IMG/VR virus record: IMGVR_UViG_3300042485_000398
Location: 62,001-117,295 of that record
Strand: one strand, 5' to 3'
DNA: 55,295 bases
Origin: an uncultured virus (IMG/VR IMGVR_UViG_3300042485_000398)
Taxonomy: Duplodnaviria; Heunggongvirae; Uroviricota; Caudoviricetes
In this document: in pieces, positions 55,186 through 55,295 of the stretch
Layout of the letters: every line of letters begins with the position of its first letter
Position numbering within the stretch: the first letter of the stretch is position 1
Program-made: the position numbers and the translations under genes
Notes under the pieces: model-generated
What the model was told of the DNA's origin: nothing
Database searches by the model: none
The model's input: only the letters and a program-made list of their open reading frames with translations

Positions 55186-55276
55186 CTTTCTCTTCCTTTT
55201 TGTTTTTGTTGTCAGAAGAAAAATTTAAATCAAAGGAAAATACTTTAAGGATCTCAATCTTTAGATTTAGTGTCAT
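55139..55276 (-). CDS. Possible 45-aa ORF MTLNLKIEILKVFSFDLNFSSDNKNKKEEKDAKTSDGAPDATKSK
   Basis: Hand-translated; GAGGA SD upstream; overlaps the csgF start by 47 nt. Confidence 0.3.
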   Translation of the reverse strand: MTLNLKIEILKVFSFDLNFSSDNKNKKEEKDAKTSDGAPDATKSK

Positions 55277-55295
55277 TACTGTGATCCTCTTTTAT

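Overview
A 55-kb segment of a large T4-like myovirus genome, mostly on the minus strand. The host is probably an alphaproteobacterium, judging from a permuted two-piece tmRNA with an ANDN...ALAA tag. Left part (1-27.3 kb): baseplate/tail module with a DUF4815-type virion protein running off the left edge, gp8, gp7-like, gp6, gp25, a gp5 locus split into three same-frame ORFs, hub protein, gp53, gp48, gp4, gp2, tube/gp54-like, gp26 plus gp51-like with a candidate -1 frameshift, and a tape-measure-like protein. Middle (27.3-34.4 kb): gp32, gp59, gp33, DNA methyltransferase, cell-wall hydrolase, tmRNA, SAM methyltransferase, IscA/HesB, exonuclease, PhoH and a DenV-like glycosylase. Right part: two large accessory systems. 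The first is a tightly coupled 13.4-kb operon with eight radical-SAM enzymes, two SGNH-like proteins, a 35-aa 'DPFIY' peptide and a carbamoyltransferase. The second is a curli-like secretion/signalling operon (CsgF, CsgG, two curlin-repeat proteins, a FecR-domain protein and a CHASE2 adenylate cyclase). The most unusual small-scale observation is an SD-led, Bfd-like Cys-motif ORF in the intervening segment of the permuted tmRNA that reads into the tmRNA coding piece. All family assignments come from motif recognition by eye; no database searches were run.
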